Positions 31,323 through 32,000 of a DNA stretch of 32,000 bases are shown piece by piece (within the stretch, counting starts at the first letter, position 1; each line of letters begins with the position of its first letter). The stretch lies in NCBI RefSeq assembly GCF_000172995.2, contig NC_014729.1, forward strand, positions 1,980,001 to 2,012,000. The letters run 5' to 3'. Source of the stretch: Halogeometricum borinquense DSM 11551 (GTDB lineage: Archaea > Halobacteriota > Halobacteria > Halobacteriales > Haloferacaceae). The notes under the pieces were generated by a model. That model saw only the letters and a program-made list of their open reading frames with translations, did no database searches and was not told the origin of the DNA. Both the position numbers and the translations under genes were made by a program.

Positions 31323-32000
31323 ATGAATACCACACTCCGTGTCGTTGCAGCGACCACTTGTGCGACGCTTATCGTCGTCTCCGCTGTACTTGGTGGATCG
31401 TATCTCGGCCTTGCAGCACCGTTCTCCGGCGATGTGTACGAGAGCATCGCGCGGGGGCCGGTGACGGGAACCGAGCGGGTCGAGAATCCGTACGGCCGGG
31501 CGACAGTCCGCTACGACGAGTTCGGCGTCCCCCACGTCTCCGCAGCGAACGAGAAAGCGCTCTACTACGCCGTCGGGTACGTCCAAGCCCGCGATAGGCT
31601 GTTCCAGATGGACCTCCAGCGAAGACTCATCGGTGGCAACCTCTCGGCAGCGTTCGGCGAACGCGCGGTCGAGTCCGACCGGTTCTACCGCAAGATGGAC
31701 TTCCGGTCGGCCGCCGACGCGTCGTGGCGCGAACTCGAAGGCACCGAGGCCGGAGCGGGTCTCAAAGCGTACACTGCGGGTGTCAACCGCTACATCGACA
31801 CCGGGGCGCGACCCCCGGAGTTCGCCCTCCTCGGCTACGAACCGACGCGGTGGGAACCGGCTGACAGCCTCCTCATCGGCAAACTCATCGCGTGGCGACT
31901 CTCGGGGAACTTCGCCGACCTGCGCCGTGCGACGCTCAAGTCACGTCTCGGTCCCGAGGCGACGAGCGAACTGTACCCGGATTCGATGGCGCACGACACG
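31323..32000 (+). CDS. Penicillin acylase (Ntn-hydrolase, peptidase S45) family protein, N-terminal part (3' end outside window)
   Basis: Not in the ORF track because it runs off the window. I translated frame 3 from ATG 31323: MNTTLRVVAATTCATLIVVSAVLG...YDEFGVPHVSAANEKALYYAVGYVQARDRLFQMDLQRR..., the conserved alpha-subunit N-terminus of penicillin amidases. Confidence 0.8.
   Translation, partial: MNTTLRVVAATTCATLIVVSAVLGGSYLGLAAPFSGDVYESIARGPVTGTERVENPYGRATVRYDEFGVPHVSAANEKALYYAVGYVQARDRLFQMDLQRRLIGGNLSAAFGERAVESDRFYRKMDFRSAADASWRELEGTEAGAGLKAYTAGVNRYIDTGARPPEFALLGYEPTRWEPADSLLIGKLIAWRLSGNFADLRRATLKSRLGPEATSELYPDSMAHDT

Overview
High-GC sequence from a halophilic archaeon (class Halobacteria). 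The evidence is very acidic predicted proteins, archaeal RNase P Rpp21, KEOPS Pcc1, ribosomal proteins S15 and S3Ae, halocyanin, TatA and an archaetidylserine-synthase-type CDP-alcohol transferase. Both flanks (1-7100 and 21185-32000) look like ordinary core chromosome: epimerase, GT4 glycosyltransferase, rnp4, YhbY-like protein, MscS, HD protein, peroxiredoxin, DoxX and TatA on the left; the rps15/RecJ-like/pcc1/rps3ae cluster, halocyanin, pssA-like gene, PadR, acyl-CoA dehydrogenase, squalene/phytoene-synthase-like protein, oxidase subunit III, RCK potassium channel and a penicillin-acylase-family gene on the right. Between them is a roughly 13.6 kb segment (7275-20882) bracketed by two tRNA genes whose 3' ends both point inward: tRNA-Arg(CCU) on + and tRNA-Ala(GGC) on -. 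It opens with a strikingly AT-rich ~340 bp spacer. It then carries a tightly overlapping seven-gene operon: a giant 1131-aa PilB/FlaI-type ATPase, a PilC/TadC/FlaJ-type platform protein and five different proteins with class III (prepilin-like) signal peptides. A sixth pilin-like gene lies on the opposite strand, followed by a small 2-TM ORF, a small protein with a TatA-like N-terminus, and a Tat-signal parallel beta-helix protein. This type IV filament-like module is my best candidate for an uncharacterised system. I see no prepilin peptidase, archaellins or archaellum accessory genes. Both tRNA borders carry short hairpins sharing a conserved loop motif, and the tRNA-Ala side holds several duplicated fragments of the tRNA 3' end, but there is no integrase. 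There is also a perfect-register 17-bp x 6 tandem repeat just after rnp4. All functional calls come from reading the translated ORFs by eye; no searches were run.
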